NCBI GenBank assembly: GCA_964620595.1
Contig: CAZUHP010000004.1
Coordinates: 3,768-67,767, forward strand
Reading direction: 5' to 3'
DNA length: 64,000 nucleotides
From: an uncultured Desulfarculaceae bacterium
Lineage (GTDB): Bacteria; Desulfobacterota; Desulfarculia; Desulfarculales; Desulfarculaceae
A program made the position numbers and the translations under genes. Below the pieces are notes generated by a model that had not been told where the DNA came from, ran no database searches, and was given only the letters and a program-made list of their open reading frames with translations. Position 1 is the stretch's first letter. Each line of letters opens with the position of its first letter. Shown in pieces: positions 61,219 through 64,000 of this stretch.

Positions 61219-63638
61219 GAGGGTGCCTCCAGGCCCAGGTGCGAGGCCAGCACCTCCCTGAGTTCCCGCGCCACCCGCTCCGGCCGGAAGCGCTCCAGCC
61301 GGGCCCGGGCCCGGGCGCCCAGGCCGGCGCGTAGCTCTTCGTCGCCCAGGATGCGGGCGCAGACCTCGGCGGTGCGCGGGTGGTCCTTCCGGTCCAGGAG
61401 CACGCCGCCCCCGCCCAGGGTGCCGGGCACCCCGGTGCTGGCGTGGGCCACGATGGGCAGGCCGAAGTGCATGGCCTCCACCAGGGGCACGCAGAACCCC
61501 TCGTGCTCGGACTGGCAAAGGTACAGGTGGGCCACCCGGTAGTAGGCCATGAGCTGGGCGTCGCTGACGTGGCCGGCAAAGTGCACCCCGCTCAAATCCA
61601 GCTCGGACACCATCTCCCGCAGCCCCCGGCCGTAGGGCAGGTCCAGGCCGCTGCCCACCAACAGCAGCCGCGCGCCCGGCACCAGCCGGGTCAGCCAGTA
61701 GTGCACCTTGAGCAGGTCCTCGATGCGCTTGTTGGGCGCCAGGCGGCCCACGTGCAGCAGGTTGGGCCCCTGTCCGCCGAAGCGGTGCAGCACCGCCGCA
61801 TCGGGCGCGGTCTGCAACAGGTCCAGGTCCAAGAGGATGGGTACCACTGCCGTGGCCGGGCAGCTGGCCTCCTCCAGCTCGGCGCAGTTGTAGTCGCTCA
61901 CCCCCAGGCCCAGCTCCACCGCCCGGGCCAGGGCGGGAAGCTGCTCGCGTCCCTGGCGGGAGCGCCGGGCCGCCTCGGGGCTGAGCTGCTCCAAGAACTC
62001 GGCCGGGGTGATGTTGTGGTAGCGCAGGACCTTGCGGCCGGGAAGCCCGGGCACCGCGTCGGCCAGGGAATGGCCGATGGAGAAATGGAATATGAGCACG
62101 TCCTCGGGCCGCGCCCCAACGGCGTACTCCCGCCAGGGCCGGGCCCGGGAGCGCAGGCGCGGGTGCACGTGCTCGGCAAAGATGTCCGAGACGAAGCCCC
62201 AGGCGCGAAGCGTCTTCTGGATGGCCAGCACGTCGTTGCCAATGGCGTCGCCATAGGCAAAGTCGGGCAGCATCTGATGCACCGCCGGCGCGCCGGTCCC
62301 GCCGCCCCGCCGACGGGGGGCGGGGGGGGCGGGGGGGGCGGTGTCGATGCCAGGGCCAGCGGCGGGGGGCGGCGTCTCCAGGCCGGCCGGGGGGGTGAAA
62401 TCAGCCGGCGGCTCGGTGGGCCGGGGCAGGGGCTCGGCCTGGAGGCGCTGGATCAGCTCCAGGAAGCGGCCGGTCACCACCGGCCAGGCATAGTTGGCCA
62501 GCACGTACTCGCGGCCGGCCCGGCCCATCTCCTGCCTGAGCCCGGGCCGCTCCAGGAGCAGGCGCAGGCCCTCGGCAAAGCGGGGGTAGTCGCCGAAGTG
62601 CAGGCCGCCCCGGCTGGTCACCACGTGCTCGGTGGTCACCGCGCAGCCCGAGTGCACCATCACCGGGGTCCCCGCCAGCCAGGACTCCATGATGACCAGG
62701 GAGAAGCTCTCCATCACCGAGGGCTGGATCAGCACCTCGGCCGCGGCATAGGCATCGTACTTGTCCTGCTTGGACACGAAGCCCAGGTCTATGATGTCCT
62801 TCTCCGCGCCCGGCGGGATGGGCGCGGGCAGGTTGCCGATCATCACCAGCTTGAGCCCGGCCGGCCCCAGGCCGTCGGCCAGGAAGCGGGCGAAGTAGTG
62901 GCTCAGAAGGGGTACGTTCTTGCCCGCGTCCTTGCGGCCGGCGTAGAGGATGAAAGGCCCCTCCAGCCCGTACTTGGCGCGGAAGCGCTCCGGGTCGGCG
63001 CTCCAATCCGAGTCCACCCCCTCGCCCAGCACCAGGGGCTCGGTCTTTTGCAGGTCATACAGGGACGCGGCCAAATCGCGCTCGGCCGGCACGTGGAACA
63101 CCACCGCCCGGGCGGCCTCGAAGGCGCGGCGCACGCTGCGCAGGCGGGCATAGCCCTCGTCGTGCAGGCAGGGGATGATGACCGAGCGGGCGGGATGCAC
63201 CAGGGGCCCCCACACCGAGGTGGTGAACAGATAGGGGATGAAGAAGAAGGGGCCCAGCTCCGGGTGGGCCGCGATATGGGCCAAGAGGGCCGGGCTGTGC
63301 ACCATGTTGGCGAAGAAGGCTTGCTCCTCGGCCGGGGAGAGGCTTCCCCCGCCGCAGACCCGGGAGTTCAGGGAGTTGAACAGGGCACCGTCCCGGGGGG
63401 CGGTGGGGAAGCGGATCACCCGCACCCCGCCCTCCCGGCTCTCGCCGGGGGGGTAGTGATCCTGGTCCCAGTCCGACCCCAGGCCGGAGAGGCAGGTGGT
63501 GAGCACCGTGACCTCCAGGCCGGCGGCCGCCAGGTTCTGGGCGGTGCGCCGGGCCTCGGCCTCGGCCCCGCCGGGGATGTCCTCGCCGTACCAGGGAACC
63601 ACAAAGGCGGCACCCCGCCTGCCCTCTCCACCCGGCAT
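61215..63638 (-). CDS. bifunctional/tandem glycosyltransferase (two GT-B modules)
   Basis: 807 aa. Both the N-terminal and C-terminal halves carry the GT4-type E..G....EA motif (IQPSVMESFSLVIMESWLAGTPVMV and LCQSEHEGFCVPLVEAMHFGLPIV). They are joined by a Pro/Gly linker. Confidence 0.8.
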   Translation of the reverse strand: MPGGEGRRGAAFVVPWYGEDIPGGAEAEARRTAQNLAAAGLEVTVLTTCLSGLGSDWDQDHYPPGESREGGVRVIRFPTAPRDGALFNSLNSRVCGGGSLSPAEEQAFFANMVHSPALLAHIAAHPELGPFFFIPYLFTTSVWGPLVHPARSVIIPCLHDEGYARLRSVRRAFEAARAVVFHVPAERDLAASLYDLQKTEPLVLGEGVDSDWSADPERFRAKYGLEGPFILYAGRKDAGKNVPLLSHYFARFLADGLGPAGLKLVMIGNLPAPIPPGAEKDIIDLGFVSKQDKYDAYAAAEVLIQPSVMESFSLVIMESWLAGTPVMVHSGCAVTTEHVVTSRGGLHFGDYPRFAEGLRLLLERPGLRQEMGRAGREYVLANYAWPVVTGRFLELIQRLQAEPLPRPTEPPADFTPPAGLETPPPAAGPGIDTAPPAPPAPRRRGGGTGAPAVHQMLPDFAYGDAIGNDVLAIQKTLRAWGFVSDIFAEHVHPRLRSRARPWREYAVGARPEDVLIFHFSIGHSLADAVPGLPGRKVLRYHNITPAEFLEQLSPEAARRSRQGREQLPALARAVELGLGVSDYNCAELEEASCPATAVVPILLDLDLLQTAPDAAVLHRFGGQGPNLLHVGRLAPNKRIEDLLKVHYWLTRLVPGARLLLVGSGLDLPYGRGLREMVSELDLSGVHFAGHVSDAQLMAYYRVAHLYLCQSEHEGFCVPLVEAMHFGLPIVAHASTGVPGTLGGGGVLLDRKDHPRTAEVCARILGDEELRAGLGARARARLERFRPERVARELREVLASHLGLEAPS
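62298..62341. repeat. poly-G array inside the tandem-GT CDS linker (minus-strand sense encodes PPAPPAPRRRGGG)
   Basis: CCCGCCGCCCCGCCGACGGGGGGCGGGGGGGGCGGGGGGGGCGG. Confidence 0.8.
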
Positions 63639-63639
63639 C

Positions 63640-64000
63640 CTACTTGCGCCCCACCACCGCGTAGTCTTGATGGCTGTAGAGGAGCGCGTTGAGCCGCTCC
63701 ACGTTGCGGTTCACCACCCCGGCCAGGCCGTCGTCGGTCTCGGGGAAGCTCTCCAGGCGGTGGTCCGGGGGATAGGGCGAGAGGTAGACCACCTCCACCT
63801 GGCCCAGGCCGGCCCAGCGCAACAGGAAGCGGGCCGCCTCGGGGTGGATGGGCTTGATGTGGGTGAGGTCCAGGTAGAAGGCGCCGGAGAAGGTGGTCAG
63901 GCACTGGGGGTTCACCGTCTCGGCGATGAACACGCCGCCGGGCTTGAGCTTGGCCGAGCACAAGCTCACCAGCTCGGTGAGCTGGTCCAGCTCCAGGTGC
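63640..64000 (-). CDS. class I SAM-dependent methyltransferase, C-terminal part (5' end outside the window)
   Basis: The frame stays open to the window edge. ..LVSLCSAKLKPGGVFIAETVNP is the typical post-motif-II/III region of class I methyltransferases. Confidence 0.7.
   Translation of the reverse strand, partial: HLELDQLTELVSLCSAKLKPGGVFIAETVNPQCLTTFSGAFYLDLTHIKPIHPEAARFLLRWAGLGQVEVVYLSPYPPDHRLESFPETDDGLAGVVNRNVERLNALLYSHQDYAVVGRK

Noticed and set aside
1-64000. tRNA, rRNA, tmRNA, IS elements, integrases, prophage genes, toxin-antitoxin pairs, and selenocysteine (in-frame TGA) genes.
   Set aside because: No T-arm-like GGTTCGAAT motifs or rRNA-like stretches occur in the non-coding gaps. 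No transposase or integrase-like translation appears in any frame. No family-recognisable gene appears interrupted by an in-frame stop. The search was by eye only.

Overview
Very GC-rich bacterial chromosomal DNA. All calls come from reading the sequence and ORF translations by eye; no searches or computations were run. I count about 54 protein-coding genes. They are tightly packed, with many 4-nt ATGA stop/start overlaps and long co-directional runs (+ strand 8995-23171, - strand 23254-31684). I saw no rRNA, tRNA, CRISPR array, transposase, integrase, phage gene or recognisable defence island.

Gene content suggests an anaerobic Desulfobacterota/deltaproteobacterium-like organism (inference). 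It includes:
- two sigma54 enhancer-binding proteins, one paired with an NtrY-like kinase
- lpxC and mobA
- a polyamine module (pyruvoyl arginine decarboxylase, agmatinase, deoxyhypusine-synthase-like protein)
- a secreted caspase-like peptidase and a secreted subtilase, interleaved with YkgJ-type Cys-cluster proteins
- a FadH-like flavoenzyme, a sugar-nucleotide dehydrogenase, a ROK kinase, a TRAP transporter and an acyl-CoA synthetase
- a HAMP/class III adenylate cyclase, rpsU with an RRM protein, endonuclease V and CheV
- amtB-glnK, a B12-binding radical SAM enzyme and a TonB-dependent receptor
- a rubrerythrin-like protein and a glycosyltransferase cluster

The signal least explained by gene annotation is a dispersed family of short poly-C/poly-G tandem arrays, about 16 in 64 kb. 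They either abut stop codons or sit in frame inside genes as Pro/Ser- or Gly/Glu-rich inserts. A separate ~9-nt periodic array lies downstream of lpxC.

Other items worth follow-up:
- canonical sigma54 -24/-12 promoters in front of lpxC and a Spy/ZraP-like gene
- an exported fusion of molybdopterin-oxidoreductase-like domains to a tetrapyrrole methylase, in an operon with a TonB-dependent receptor
- a pdaD-caspase-EBP-YkgJ-subtilase-YkgJ gene string
- a MerR/SCP2/flavoprotein-SCP2 operon bracketed by inverted G/C arrays

I found no convincing new multi-gene system. The candidates above are hypotheses and are scored modestly.
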